Assembly: GCA_964488555.1 (NCBI GenBank)
Contig: CAZAUF010000002.1
Coordinates: forward strand, 49,407 to 113,406
From: an uncultured Candidatus Saccharibacteria bacterium
Lineage (GTDB): Bacteria > Patescibacteriota > Saccharimonadia > Saccharimonadales > Saccharimonadaceae
Length of the DNA stretch: 64,000 nucleotides
Direction of reading: 5' to 3'
Made by a program: the position numbers and the translations under genes. Below are positions 36,245 to 45,638 of the stretch, piece after piece. The notes beneath the pieces are model-generated. The model saw nothing but the letters and a program-made list of their open reading frames with translations. It searched no databases and was not told where the DNA came from. The stretch's first letter is position 1. Each line of letters starts with the position of its first letter.

Positions 36245-38653
36245 TCATGGGGACCCCGTTGCTTGTTTTTTAGCAAATCCGAACCCAGTCTTACGCGGAC
36301 CGCCGCCCGCCAGTGCCTCGGCTTTGTTTACTTTCACTGTACTTTGCTCATTGGTATGGCGCGGTTTGACGTGCAGATAGTAAGTCGTTTTGAGACCCTT
36401 TTTCCAGGCGGCCGCGTAAATCTTTTCGTACTCGTCGATGTCTCGTGTCTCCAGATACATATTGCGGCTGATCGCTTGGTCGACCCACTTTTGCGCGCGG
36501 GCGGCAACTTCTATAAATGCGTACGGGCTTAGCTGGAAACTCGTCTTGTATACATCTTTAATGTTCTGCGGAATCGCTTCGATCTGCTGGATATCGCCCT
36601 GGTAGCGCAAGACTTCGTCTTTTACCTGCTCCCAGAGACCCAGTCGCTTCAAGTCGTTGATCATATTCACATTGACCTCGAGGAACTTGCCGTTCAGTGT
36701 GGCGCGGCTAAATATCTGGGCAAATTGCGGATCGATGCCTGGCGTCGTACCACTGACATGCGCATTGTTTGCAGTCGGTGCGATAGCCATCAGAGTCGCG
36801 TTGCGCATGCCTTTTTTCACCTTGGCGCGCAGCTTTTCCCAGTCCAGACGTTTCTTGCGTGTGATATCGAGTTTGATCTTGCGATCAAGCTCTAGTTGAT
36901 CGAGCGTGTCGATCGGCAAGATGCCCTTGCTCCAACCACTGCCCTTGAATGTCGGGTAGCTTCCGCGCTCCTTAGCAAGATCCGCACTGGCATCAATGGC
37001 GTGGTAGCTGATAAATTCAGTCAACTGATCCATCAAATCGTACGCCTCTTCGGACTCATAGCTATAACCAAGCTTTTCGATGACATCGGTAAAGCCCATG
37101 ATACCAAGACCCACGGCGCGGTTTTGCTGATTGCTGTGCATCGCCTGTGGAATCGGCGTGTTGGTCAGATCAACCAGGTTATCGAGCTGGCGGATCGATA
37201 CGCGGACAGCACGCTCCAGACGATCCCAGTCCCATGTCTTGTCCTCGCGCAAGTGAACCGACAAGTTGATGCTCGAGAGGTTACAGACAGCCGTGTTGTC
37301 TTTGTCTTGTGGCAGCGTGATTTCCGTACACAGATTACTGTGGTGAATCGTGCCGGTATTATTGTTGAGCGCGCGCACATTCATAGTGTCTTTCCAGGTG
37401 AGCCATGGATGGCTGGTCGCCTGAAGGATAGTCAGAATTTGACGGTATTGCTCACGAGCGTTCACGACGGCAAAGTCTCGCATTTTGCCTGCCTTGGCCA
37501 GCTTGACGTATTCGTTGTAACGCTTGGCAAACGCATCACCATACAGTTCGATCAAATCAGCTGTCTCGGCCGGATCAAACAAATACCAATCCTGCTCCTT
37601 CTGCACGCGACGCATAAACTCATCACTCAGGATGACCGCCGTGTTGGCAATTCGCGTACGAAGGTATGGGTCACCAGAGTTTTGCTTGAGGTCCAAAAAC
37701 TGTGGGAAATTCAGGTGCCAGTTTTCCATGAAGACAGCGGCCGCGCCTTGCTTTTTGCCCTTGCGGCTGACCGCGAACAGTGCCGTGTCGATCATCTTGA
37801 TAAATGGAATCGGACCGGTTGATTCGCTATTGGTCGTCTTGACCGGACTGCCAGCAGCACGAAGTTTGGTGATGCCGATACCGATACCGCCGGTACCCTT
37901 GGCAATCCACATAGTGTCACGCACGCCGCGTGCAATCGCTTCCATGTCATCCTCTATGTCAAACAAGAAACAGTTGCTCAGCTGTGGGAATGAACCGCCA
38001 GCGTTGATACGAGTCGAACCTGCCGGGTTGGCGTCGAGCTTGCTTATGTACTCGTAAAACTCCAACGCCGTAGCGGTTGGGTCCTTTTCGAGAAGGCTCA
38101 GCCCCATGGCGATACGCATAGCAGTAAACTGCGGAACTTCGATGGAATCACCGCTGTTTTGGCGCAAACTATAGCGGTTGCGGCTGGTGATAACGCCGAG
38201 ATAACGCATCAGACCGTCCCGCGACGGGTCCAGTGCTGCCGCCAGCTTCTTGAGATCAAATGTCTTGCTGGTCATGCGCTTGTCGAGCAGACCCAGAGCG
38301 ATACCATTTTTCAGATACTCTGGGAACTTTTTGGCGTGCAACGCCTTTAGCTCTTCTTGGCTTGAGTACGCACCTAGAACCTTCTTATATATATTCTTTA
38401 GCAGCAGATTTGCCGCGATCTTATCAAAGTCAGGATCGTCTTTGACGTTTTGCAGCGCGGTGTGTATCAGTGCTTCGTCCAACTGCTCGGTGGTGATACC
38501 GTCAAACAGCGTCAGTTGCAGCTCGGTCGCAACCTGTACGACTTTGCTAATCTGGTCAGGTAGCCCCTCACTGGCTTCGACCAGGGCGAGATTGATTTTG
38601 TTGGCGTCGAATGGTTCGCGGGTGCCATCGCGTTTAACCACATTGATGCTCAT
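36245..38653 (-). CDS. nrdA: ribonucleoside-diphosphate reductase large subunit
   Basis: N-terminal ATP-cone (VVKRDGTREPFD), SNCFL, NLCTEI and AVCNLSSINL. No Cys occurs in the last ~130 residues. Confidence 0.95.
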   Translation of the reverse strand: MSINVVKRDGTREPFDANKINLALVEASEGLPDQISKVVQVATELQLTLFDGITTEQLDEALIHTALQNVKDDPDFDKIAANLLLKNIYKKVLGAYSSQEELKALHAKKFPEYLKNGIALGLLDKRMTSKTFDLKKLAAALDPSRDGLMRYLGVITSRNRYSLRQNSGDSIEVPQFTAMRIAMGLSLLEKDPTATALEFYEYISKLDANPAGSTRINAGGSFPQLSNCFLFDIEDDMEAIARGVRDTMWIAKGTGGIGIGITKLRAAGSPVKTTNSESTGPIPFIKMIDTALFAVSRKGKKQGAAAVFMENWHLNFPQFLDLKQNSGDPYLRTRIANTAVILSDEFMRRVQKEQDWYLFDPAETADLIELYGDAFAKRYNEYVKLAKAGKMRDFAVVNAREQYRQILTILQATSHPWLTWKDTMNVRALNNNTGTIHHSNLCTEITLPQDKDNTAVCNLSSINLSVHLREDKTWDWDRLERAVRVSIRQLDNLVDLTNTPIPQAMHSNQQNRAVGLGIMGFTDVIEKLGYSYESEEAYDLMDQLTEFISYHAIDASADLAKERGSYPTFKGSGWSKGILPIDTLDQLELDRKIKLDITRKKRLDWEKLRAKVKKGMRNATLMAIAPTANNAHVSGTTPGIDPQFAQIFSRATLNGKFLEVNVNMINDLKRLGLWEQVKDEVLRYQGDIQQIEAIPQNIKDVYKTSFQLSPYAFIEVAARAQKWVDQAISRNMYLETRDIDEYEKIYAAAWKKGLKTTYYLHVKPRHTNEQSTVKVNKAEALAGGGPRKTGFGFAKKQATGSP

Positions 38654-38814
38654 TTATACATTCTCCCTTGTTTTAGTTTTGTTGATACCTTTACACTTCT
38701 CCCTTACTCCGCGCGTCTCTCATGCGCATTTTTGGGGTGCAAGAAGAGACCTCATCTGATAACAGACGTGGCGGTGGCTCTTGCTGCTTGCAAAATGTGT
38801 ATTTTTGTTGAACT

Positions 38815-38862
38815 ACTACATATGTAGTGTCTATATAGCACTATAGACCCTATATATGTGGT
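38815..38862. promoter_or_regulatory. NrdR-box-like tandem palindromes upstream of nrdA
   Basis: ACTACATATGTAGTGT (38815-38830) and ACCCTATATATGTGGT (38847-38862). Each matches ACACTATATATAGTGT at 12/16, and their centres are 32 bp apart. Confidence 0.5.
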
Positions 38863-38904
38863 TTTCAAGCATTTTGCCTGTGTTTTTTTCACCACAAGCA
38901 TAAT

Positions 38905-38952
38905 AACACCTTATAGTGTTGTAAATAAGAAACACTACGCTATATATGGTGT
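38905..38952. promoter_or_regulatory. second NrdR-box-like pair in the nrdA / 39080 divergent region
   Basis: ACGCTATATATGGTGT (38937-38952, 14/16) and the shorter palindrome ACACCTTATAGTGT (38906-38919). Centres are 32 bp apart. Confidence 0.45.
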
Positions 38953-39079
38953 ACCAGTTTTGTTCGAAAAGTGCGACCCATACCATAATGATGCGCTTGT
39001 ATGTTGCAAAAATATAATTTTTATGGTAAAATAACAGCGTCCTAGAGGTGCCTGTACAACCCACCAAGGAGATGCAAAA

Positions 39080-39451
39080 ATGCGCTTCATCCTCAACCTG
39101 GTCATCGCAACAGCGTTGCTACTCCTCTTTAATGCCTTTGGCTGGCTAACGCTCAGTCACGACGGCAAGCAAGTGGAATTCGATGATCTCACCTGGCCAA
39201 TCTTTGGCAGCGTCTTGCTGGTGGCAGTCGTCATGTGGCTGGCCGGCATCGTCGTCGGTTTGCTCTACGGCGTAAGTGTGCTCCTGACATTCGGTTTGAT
39301 GCTGCTTGCCTACCCCTTCATCGGGTGGTTCGTACTCAAGGCGGCCGAGCACTTCATGTCGGACACGTTGACGCTGCACGGTTTCTGGATTTCGGTGCTT
39401 TGTGGTTGGCTGCTGCTCATCGTAAAGATCCCATCAGGAAGCCGCAACTAG
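39080..39451 (+). CDS. DUF360 / YvlD-like (phage-holin-4 superfamily) membrane protein
   Basis: 123 aa with 3-4 TM helices. The C-terminal HGFWISVLCGWLLLIV resembles the GFW...lilsiv end of YvlD-like proteins. AAGGAG RBS present. Confidence 0.45.
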   Translation: MRFILNLVIATALLLLFNAFGWLTLSHDGKQVEFDDLTWPIFGSVLLVAVVMWLAGIVVGLLYGVSVLLTFGLMLLAYPFIGWFVLKAAEHFMSDTLTLHGFWISVLCGWLLLIVKIPSGSRN

Positions 39452-39472
39452 CACTTACCCGCTCAACTCTAG

Positions 39473-39510
39473 GATACCCCCGCCATCAAAGCGGGGGTAT
39501 CTTCGTATTA
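39473..39510 (+). terminator. rho-independent terminator
   Basis: GATACCCCCGC / GCGGGGGTATC stem followed by TTCGTATT. Confidence 0.55.
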
Positions 39511-39598
39511 CAAAAGTTCTTCTTGCCATTCATTCCATAGCACATTGAAATTATATACAATTATTCAGCAGCATAAATAGCGTATGAATTACAAATAA

Positions 39599-39614
39599 AC
39601 ACTATATATAGCGT
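39599..39614. promoter_or_regulatory. single NrdR-box-like palindrome upstream of a secreted-peptide gene
   Basis: ACACTATATATAGCGT matches the 16-bp consensus at 15/16. It lies just upstream of a putative -35 TTGGTA (39619-24) and -10 TATAAT (39643-48). Confidence 0.45.
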
Positions 39615-39691
39615 TTTTTTGGTATTTTTGAATCAAATTTGTTATAATGGTTATGCTCCTTAAAAACAGGGTGAGCAATAGGGGGTTATAT

Positions 39692-40018
39692 ATGCGTATA
39701 AATGTCAAGAGGCATATATTTAAAATTGTGGGTGGTTTGTTGGCTATTCCACTTGTAGGCGGAATGCTTTTAGCACCCACGGCAAGTGCAGCCGTGTGGG
39801 ACTGTGTCACAAAATTCGAACCGATAGGACCCACAGGATACTGTGGATCTGGCGACTCAACACACTTCAAAGCAAACATCATGTGTATCAATATTTTTAA
39901 TCAAACCCATGTCATTTCAGGACCTTGGCAGCCAGTAGGAGGAAATACTCCATCCGTCATCGGCAGCTGTCCACCTTTCGAGAGTTATCACGGTCCTATC
40001 TATATGACCGGAAACTAA
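39692..40018 (+). CDS. small secreted cysteine-containing protein
   Basis: ATG at 39692 follows AGGGGG. Signal peptide ...LLAPTASA/AV. The mature ~78 aa carry four Cys. The gene has its own promoter and terminator. Confidence 0.55.
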   Translation: MRINVKRHIFKIVGGLLAIPLVGGMLLAPTASAAVWDCVTKFEPIGPTGYCGSGDSTHFKANIMCINIFNQTHVISGPWQPVGGNTPSVIGSCPPFESYHGPIYMTGN

Positions 40019-40051
40019 ATTTTAAATATTGCATACCCCTGACATAGGAGC

Positions 40052-40086
40052 GACCCAACCGATATATACCGGTTGGGTCTTTTTTG
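40052..40086 (+). terminator. rho-independent terminator
   Basis: GACCCAACCG / CGGTTGGGTC stem followed by TTTTTT. Confidence 0.7.
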
Positions 40087-40101
40087 CTGACAGCTAGCCG
40101 T

Positions 40102-41967
40102 TTACTCTCCTTTGAGATCTTTTGTTGGGTCCCCGTCAATACCCTTTTGTAACGGCGCAAGGACACTCACCAAGCCCGTTGCCACCGTGGCAGCACCAAT
40201 CAATAAGATGCTCTGAATATTTATTGCGTAAAATTCCATGGTAATAGATTTATCTAATACGCCGTACGTTAATCTCATGGCGACTGTCGTATCCACAACT
40301 AATACTGCATGAGCAATGATTGCTAAAAGCTGGCCAATGACAATCGCAATAACGACTGCAAATAGTGATAATACCAGCGCATATCCCATGTATATTAGCG
40401 TTATGTCGGTGCGTGTGGCACCAACCACCTGAAATACCGCTATATCGCGTCTCTCATCTGCAATGATTTTGCCGAACGTCCCCGCCATAATGATAATCGC
40501 AACCACAACAATTGCTCCGATAATGTAATTCGATACGGTAGATACCGTATCTCTGAAATCAAGCAACGCTACCGCATTGCTACCAAAAGCCGTCAGTTGA
40601 AACGGATATTTACTTGTTCCACAAGCCGCTCCTTGGATTCTGTCACATGACTGTTCCTTGATAAACTGCCGCGCGTCTTCGGGATTGGTAAATTCAACTA
40701 AATAGGTATCGGTAGGTAGTATATTTATCAAACCGCCTTTTTGGAAAAGTGATTTGAGCTGCGCAGATAGCCCATCATATGCCTGCGTCGTGATGGTTGC
40801 CTGCCCCAAAAGAGCCGGACCAAACAGCAGTCGTACTGCGTCACTCGCATCAAATTTGGATGAATGTGACACCCACGAATCATCCGGAACCAAACCAACA
40901 ATCCTAAACGATACCTTTTGTTGCACTGGTGTATGTTGTATACCAAACCGCTCATCAAACTGCTGCTGCTTTTCGGTTTGTGCACGTTCTTGCTCCGTCC
41001 TTGTATCCTTCACTACGTTGGCGGCTCCACACGAGGTCGCATCTGGTAGTGAATATTCAATCGAAGAAGCGGAGCCATTGTCTTCTCTATTAGTTGCTTG
41101 ATCGATCTGCGCCTTGGATGTCGTATTGCGGTAACATGCCGTAAACGCGACACCAATTGCGTGTTTGTGCAGATATTCCAAACGCTCGAGCTTTTGCATA
41201 GAAGTGGCGTCTCTCCCGAGGCTATCCAGCCCTAAGATTGTCGTCGCAGCCGAATACGGCAAAAGAACTGGAACTTCTTCCGACGAGGTTTGCACATTAC
41301 TGTCTATAAATGATTGCATAACTGAATTGTTCATCAATCGTAAAGGTGCACGAGCTAAGAAATCGTACGACATGTCTATCGGTGCATCAATCGAAGGGAA
41401 TACTTCTTTGCCATCTAGCATTAGACTCATTGCGCCATCTCTTACATTGATTCCGCTTAGCGACATAACTTTCGCCGGTGCGTACGGCTCTGCTAGCTTT
41501 TTCAGATCATCTATACCTATGCCGGGGTGTGCGGCACGATACTCTTCTACCGCCTGCATGGCCGCTGGAGCGGTGAGATCGAGCACCGTCTCGCCCTTGT
41601 TGCCCCCAGGAACCTGTTTCAGCGGTTCGGCGACGGTCCTCGGATCAAAATCTATACCCAGCCTTGCAGCTTCAGACTTCTTGGCTGTCAGATCAGCATC
41701 ATAAATTGCCTTGGCTTTTTGCTGCACCCACTCATTATTAGTAAGGGCACTCGTGTCCTCTAAGTAGCTTGCCTGCACATAGTAGTGGCCACCAAACTTT
41801 GCCTCGCTAAACTTTGCAGCACTATCAAGACCAGCGTCGACAATTGTCATCCCGGCTAGAGCAATACCGAATAGTACGCTCGAAATACCGACGATAATGG
41901 CCGACCGACCAGGTCGTGCGCGCAGTTTCGCTTTCAACAACGGATACATGTACTTCAACCGAATCAT
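40102..41967 (-). CDS. ABC transporter permease, FtsX/MacB-like with large extracytoplasmic domain
   Basis: N-terminal TM, a ~430-aa external domain and a C-terminal FtsX-type TM bundle. Overlaps the upstream ATPase gene by 4 nt. Confidence 0.7.
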   Translation of the reverse strand: MIRLKYMYPLLKAKLRARPGRSAIIVGISSVLFGIALAGMTIVDAGLDSAAKFSEAKFGGHYYVQASYLEDTSALTNNEWVQQKAKAIYDADLTAKKSEAARLGIDFDPRTVAEPLKQVPGGNKGETVLDLTAPAAMQAVEEYRAAHPGIGIDDLKKLAEPYAPAKVMSLSGINVRDGAMSLMLDGKEVFPSIDAPIDMSYDFLARAPLRLMNNSVMQSFIDSNVQTSSEEVPVLLPYSAATTILGLDSLGRDATSMQKLERLEYLHKHAIGVAFTACYRNTTSKAQIDQATNREDNGSASSIEYSLPDATSCGAANVVKDTRTEQERAQTEKQQQFDERFGIQHTPVQQKVSFRIVGLVPDDSWVSHSSKFDASDAVRLLFGPALLGQATITTQAYDGLSAQLKSLFQKGGLINILPTDTYLVEFTNPEDARQFIKEQSCDRIQGAACGTSKYPFQLTAFGSNAVALLDFRDTVSTVSNYIIGAIVVVAIIIMAGTFGKIIADERRDIAVFQVVGATRTDITLIYMGYALVLSLFAVVIAIVIGQLLAIIAHAVLVVDTTVAMRLTYGVLDKSITMEFYAINIQSILLIGAATVATGLVSVLAPLQKGIDGDPTKDLKGE

Positions 41968-42659
41968 ACGATACTTCCCTCGCGTAGCGTGATCGTTCTG
42001 TCGGCATGCGACGCCACGTTCCTATCATGTGTCACAACCACGACGGTGGTATTAAACTCGCACCTCATTTTGTCGAACAATTCGATGATATTCGCTGCAC
42101 TTTTCGGGTCAAGATTACCTGTCGGTTCGTCCGCGAGCAAGATAGGCGGATTGTTCGCAAGTGCGCGGGCTATTGCAGCGCGCTGGATTTGTCCGCCAGA
42201 AAGTTCGCGCGGTAAATGCTCTAGTCTATCAACGATATTCAAACTCTTCGCTAGCGTATCAACATGATTTTTGTCTTCGTTTTTGTTCGTCACAAACATC
42301 CGAGGTAACTCAATGTTCTGGCGTAGCGTCAAAAAAGGCTGCAAGTAGAAAAATTGAAATACAAATCCAATATTCGTACGACGGAACAGCGTCCGTTTCC
42401 GTCCGTTTAACTTTGCTATGTCAGTATCACCGATCATGACACTGCCTGTTGTCGGTATCTCCAGCCCGCCAAGAATTTGCAGCAGCGTGCTCTTACCACT
42501 TCCGCTCTCACCGACAATAGCGATAAACTCACCCTTGTTGATCGTCAGTGAAATATTACGAAGAGCAGTGATCTCTTGCGACTTTCGTCGGTAGATTTTC
42601 GATAGTCCCTTTACCTCGATAATCGGACTTGATTTTGCGACGCTATTCTCACTGTTCAT
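41964..42659 (-). CDS. ABC transporter ATP-binding protein (MacB/LolD-like)
   Basis: Walker A GESGSGKST, signature LSGGQIQR and Walker B ILLADEPT. Confidence 0.9.
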   Translation of the reverse strand: MNSENSVAKSSPIIEVKGLSKIYRRKSQEITALRNISLTINKGEFIAIVGESGSGKSTLLQILGGLEIPTTGSVMIGDTDIAKLNGRKRTLFRRTNIGFVFQFFYLQPFLTLRQNIELPRMFVTNKNEDKNHVDTLAKSLNIVDRLEHLPRELSGGQIQRAAIARALANNPPILLADEPTGNLDPKSAANIIELFDKMRCEFNTTVVVVTHDRNVASHADRTITLREGSIV

Positions 42660-42729
42660 CCATCTTCACTTTAGCATAAGTGGAAACTGAATTTATCTGA
42701 CGAGTTGGAGGCGGCGGACGTTGCGTCGC

Positions 42730-42906
42730 CTACTGTTTGTTTGTTTCAATCTTTTCATATAGTGCATCGATGCGATCCTGTTCGTGCACGACCACGACCG
42801 AAAGTATAGCAGCTACCGTGAGAGCTGCCGCTGCGACGAAAAGTGCCAATACAGGTAGCATTGGACGCCTTAATACTGAGTGATTGTTCTTCTTATGCTT
42901 AGCCAT
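42730..42906 (-). CDS. hypothetical small membrane protein
   Basis: 58 aa from the internal ATG at 42906: MAKHKKNNHSVLRRPMLPVLALFVAAAALTVAAIL... Confidence 0.35.
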   Translation of the reverse strand: MAKHKKNNHSVLRRPMLPVLALFVAAAALTVAAILSVVVVHEQDRIDALYEKIETNKQ

Positions 42907-42934
42907 GCGTTCAGTATAGCAAAATATCTGAAAA

Positions 42935-44407
42935 TTACGCTCCATGCAGACAGCCGTACTGTAAACGTTCCGATGGGGCAAAATTGTCGGTATAGAGTGG
43001 CGAACCGGATAGTTTCAATTGCTTTGATTGAGGCCATTGTATCGACTGACGGCTATAGGTAGCGACAATATTCATATGTTTTTCGTCTTCCGTGTCCTCT
43101 GATTTGTATTGGACATAGCCAAAATGCGCTCTATACGGTGCGTCGAGTGCCTCTAGTAATTGCCTACACTGACCCTTGAATCCAGCCATCAGATTGCTCA
43201 CGACTATACCGGTCGGCTTTACTATGCGTGCCAGACTTTGCCCATACTCTCGCGTCATAAATGTAAACGGCACCTCTATATCGCCATACACGTCCACAAG
43301 TACCACATCATAACGCTTATGAGTTTGGTTGATATACGTGCGTGCGTCTTGAAACACGAGGTTGACGTTTGGCGGATCGTCGTAATGAAAATGTCGTCTC
43401 GCAATTTCTGCAAGCTGCGGATCAATTTCTACGACATCAATCGTCGTATCCGGGTATTTGTGTGCCAGATACCGCGGAACCGTAAAGACGCCGCCCCCCA
43501 GCATAAGTATTCGGTCTCGCTCGGGTGCGTACTCTACCACTTCAGCCATTTTCTGGGTGTACCAGTACACCAGCTCGTCGCTGTTACTCATATTCACCCC
43601 TGATTGCACGCCGCGTGGTCCAGTAAGCAGCATGCGCACGCCGTCGCGCTCGACGATTTCGTAATGCGCGGTGGGCGTATCGATAGATATACTGTGCGCG
43701 TTTGGCGTGAGCAGTGATAGACCTGCCGGTAGCAACACGGCCACACTGAGACCGATCCGTTGCCATACCTGTACGCGCGGTGCCATCAGCCAACTGATAG
43801 CCATCACGCTCACAGCAATGATGACAAGAGTTTCGCGTGATCCTATATAACTAAATAAGATAAAGCCTGTGATAAACGTTCCCGTGATACTACCAAGGGC
43901 ATTGAATGTACTCAGCCCGGCAATTGAACGACCTGTCATCTTGAGCGAATGGACTTTTAGCTTAGCCAGATAAGGGCTGACAACACCGAGCAGAAAGCTT
44001 GCTGGAGCAAATAGAAGCAGCGATGTCACGACACCTTGTATGCGCGCATCTGCGAACATGATCGTGACCCATGGCATCACAGCCTCATACGACACCATAG
44101 TTCCCACGACCGCAACAGCAATAAGCAGCAGAAACCGCGCTACATCTATGGCATATCCTCTGCGATCCGCCACTTTGCCGCCGACCCAGTAGCCCAAGCT
44201 AAGTGCGGCGATGATAACCCCGATGACGCTCGTCCATACATACATAGAGCTACCAATGCCAGGAGCAAGTATGCGCGCACCCGCTAATTCATATGCCATC
44301 AACGCAAAGCCGCTCGCAAACGCCACGACCTCGAGCTTGCCTATGCCTGTGCGCAATCTCTTCACTACTATTAGTGTAGCAGGCTGCTTGTCGCTCCGTG
44401 AGTTCAA
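42935..44407 (-). CDS. spermidine-synthase-like methyltransferase-fold domain fused to an N-terminal polytopic membrane domain
   Basis: About 210 aa with multiple TM helices, then [14 protein letters not shown]...IDVVEIDP...[11 protein letters not shown] (aminopropyltransferase-like). Confidence 0.7.
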   Translation of the reverse strand: MNSRSDKQPATLIVVKRLRTGIGKLEVVAFASGFALMAYELAGARILAPGIGSSMYVWTSVIGVIIAALSLGYWVGGKVADRRGYAIDVARFLLLIAVAVVGTMVSYEAVMPWVTIMFADARIQGVVTSLLLFAPASFLLGVVSPYLAKLKVHSLKMTGRSIAGLSTFNALGSITGTFITGFILFSYIGSRETLVIIAVSVMAISWLMAPRVQVWQRIGLSVAVLLPAGLSLLTPNAHSISIDTPTAHYEIVERDGVRMLLTGPRGVQSGVNMSNSDELVYWYTQKMAEVVEYAPERDRILMLGGGVFTVPRYLAHKYPDTTIDVVEIDPQLAEIARRHFHYDDPPNVNLVFQDARTYINQTHKRYDVVLVDVYGDIEVPFTFMTREYGQSLARIVKPTGIVVSNLMAGFKGQCRQLLEALDAPYRAHFGYVQYKSEDTEDEKHMNIVATYSRQSIQWPQSKQLKLSGSPLYTDNFAPSERLQYGCLHGA

Positions 44408-44420
44408 ATCCTGCCGTCAA

Positions 44421-44451
44421 GAAAAAAGACGTCCAAATGGACGTCATTTTT
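44421..44451 (-). terminator. terminator downstream of tRNA-Ser
   Basis: Minus strand reads GACGTCC-attt-GGACGTC followed by TTTTTTC. Confidence 0.6.
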
Positions 44452-44453
44452 CT

Positions 44454-44543
44454 TGGCGGAGAGAACAGGATTCGAACCTGCGGTACGATTGCTCGCACAC
44501 ACGCTTTCCAAGCGTGCTCCTTCAACCACTCGGACACCTCTCC
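44454..44543 (-). tRNA. tRNA-Ser(GGA), CCA encoded
   Basis: Folded by hand: acceptor GGAGAGG/TCTCTCC, anticodon arm CACGC-TTGGAAA-GCGTG, long variable arm, T-arm GCAGG-TTCGAAT-CCTGT. TATAAT lies about 10 nt upstream. Confidence 0.88.
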
Positions 44544-44589
44544 GTATATGTAAATTATACCCTAGCCGATTCTCTATCGACATATACGG

Positions 44590-44721
44590 CACGCTTGGTC
44601 CAGGCGTGGTCACGTTCCGCGACCCCTCGAGTCAGTCGGATAAACAAGTTTATCCGTGACATCGCCTTGCGAACTGCCACTGGCAGTTCTCACCTTCAAC
44701 CACTCGGACACCTCTCCGTAT
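44590..44721 (-). pseudogene. partial, decayed duplicate of the tRNA-Ser 5' half
   Basis: A 29-nt exact direct repeat (44693-44721 = 44519-44547) covers tRNA positions 1-25. An anticodon-arm-like hairpin CACGC-CTGGACCAA-GCGTG sits at 44590-44608. No T-arm or 3' acceptor strand is present. Confidence 0.5.
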
Positions 44722-44825
44722 CGGCGTTGTCGCTTTCATCTATTCTAACAGATAGGGCCTGAGTTGTGATTATCACACGTGCTTACGGTTGCCCAGAGTG
44801 TTGACCGGCCTCTATAATATAGGCA

Positions 44826-45638
44826 ATGACGGTTGATAAAACATCTCCGGTTATTGCTCTTTCAGGCCTTACGAAAAGGTACGGCTTAGGTGAGGCCGAA
44901 CATACTGTACTGGACGGTCTAGATCTGACCATCGAAAAAGGAGAATTTATCGCGATCATGGGTCCAAGCGGCTGTGGCAAGACGACTCTGCTCAACATAC
45001 TGGGACTTCTAGACCATCCCGACGACGGCGAATATCTGCTCGATGGTCGCAACATAGAGACCATGGGGTCGGGTCGACGCGCTCGTATACGTAGCAACCA
45101 TATAGGCTTCGTGTTTCAAAGTTTCAACCTCGTACCGCGCTTGAGTGTCATCGAAAACGTCGCTCTGCCCCTCACCTATCAAGGCATGCGCAAAGTCAAA
45201 CGCCTTCAGTCAGCCAGCAAGGTCCTCAAAACGTTTCATCTGAGTGAACGTGAGTACTACATGCCATGGCAGCTCAGCGGCGGACAAACCCAACGCGTGG
45301 CAATAGCGCGTGCGCTGGTAAACAATCCTTCGATCGTGCTGGCCGACGAACCGACAGGCAACCTGGATAGCCGATCATCGCACGTTATCATGGAGGAACT
45401 GGCCGACATCCACGCGCGCGGCAACACCATTATCATGGTGACACACAATCCCGACTTGACCAGTTACGCCAGTCGTGTCATCCACATGGTCGACGGACGA
45501 ATCGCGAGCGATACCAAAAAGCCCCGACCCAAAAAAGCTGCATCCGCCCCCAAGCGACCCCTAAACAAAGCCACCAAACCACGTAAAAAACCTGCCAAAA
45601 AGAAACCTGCCGCCAAAACCAAAAAGGAAGCCGCCTAA
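44826..45638 (+). CDS. ABC transporter ATP-binding protein (MacB-type) with Lys/Pro-rich C-terminal tail
   Basis: Walker A GPSGCGKTT, signature LSGGQTQR and Walker B VLADEPT. The last ~42 aa are KKPRPKK...KKPAKKKPAAKTKK. Confidence 0.9.
   Translation: MTVDKTSPVIALSGLTKRYGLGEAEHTVLDGLDLTIEKGEFIAIMGPSGCGKTTLLNILGLLDHPDDGEYLLDGRNIETMGSGRRARIRSNHIGFVFQSFNLVPRLSVIENVALPLTYQGMRKVKRLQSASKVLKTFHLSEREYYMPWQLSGGQTQRVAIARALVNNPSIVLADEPTGNLDSRSSHVIMEELADIHARGNTIIMVTHNPDLTSYASRVIHMVDGRIASDTKKPRPKKAASAPKRPLNKATKPRKKPAKKKPAAKTKKEAA

Noticed and set aside
36131-36247. Possibility that the 57-aa CDGCE ORF is a read-through or frameshifted C-terminal extension of NrdA; it is in the same frame as nrdA, 38 codons downstream
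   Set aside because: The intervening in-frame sequence contains two TAA stops after the TGA. The ORF also has its own ATG and purine-rich RBS, so it is treated as a separate gene.
36896-37822. 308-aa plus-strand ORF inside nrdA. Similar cases are 28233-29054 inside pyrG and 56370-57215 inside groEL.
   Set aside because: All are antisense shadow ORFs of strongly supported genes. They have no start context or motifs.
38831-39067. 78-aa minus-strand ORF in the nrdA upstream region
   Set aside because: It lies in AT-rich promoter/operator DNA, overlaps the palindromic boxes, has no RBS and has implausible composition.
44590-44721. A second functional tRNA (Ser, Sec or intron-containing) upstream of tRNA-Ser(GGA)
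   Set aside because: Only the acceptor 5' strand and D-arm are duplicated, and the D-stem closing pair is broken. No T-arm (TTCGA-type loop) or complementary 3' acceptor strand can be found in the following 150 nt.
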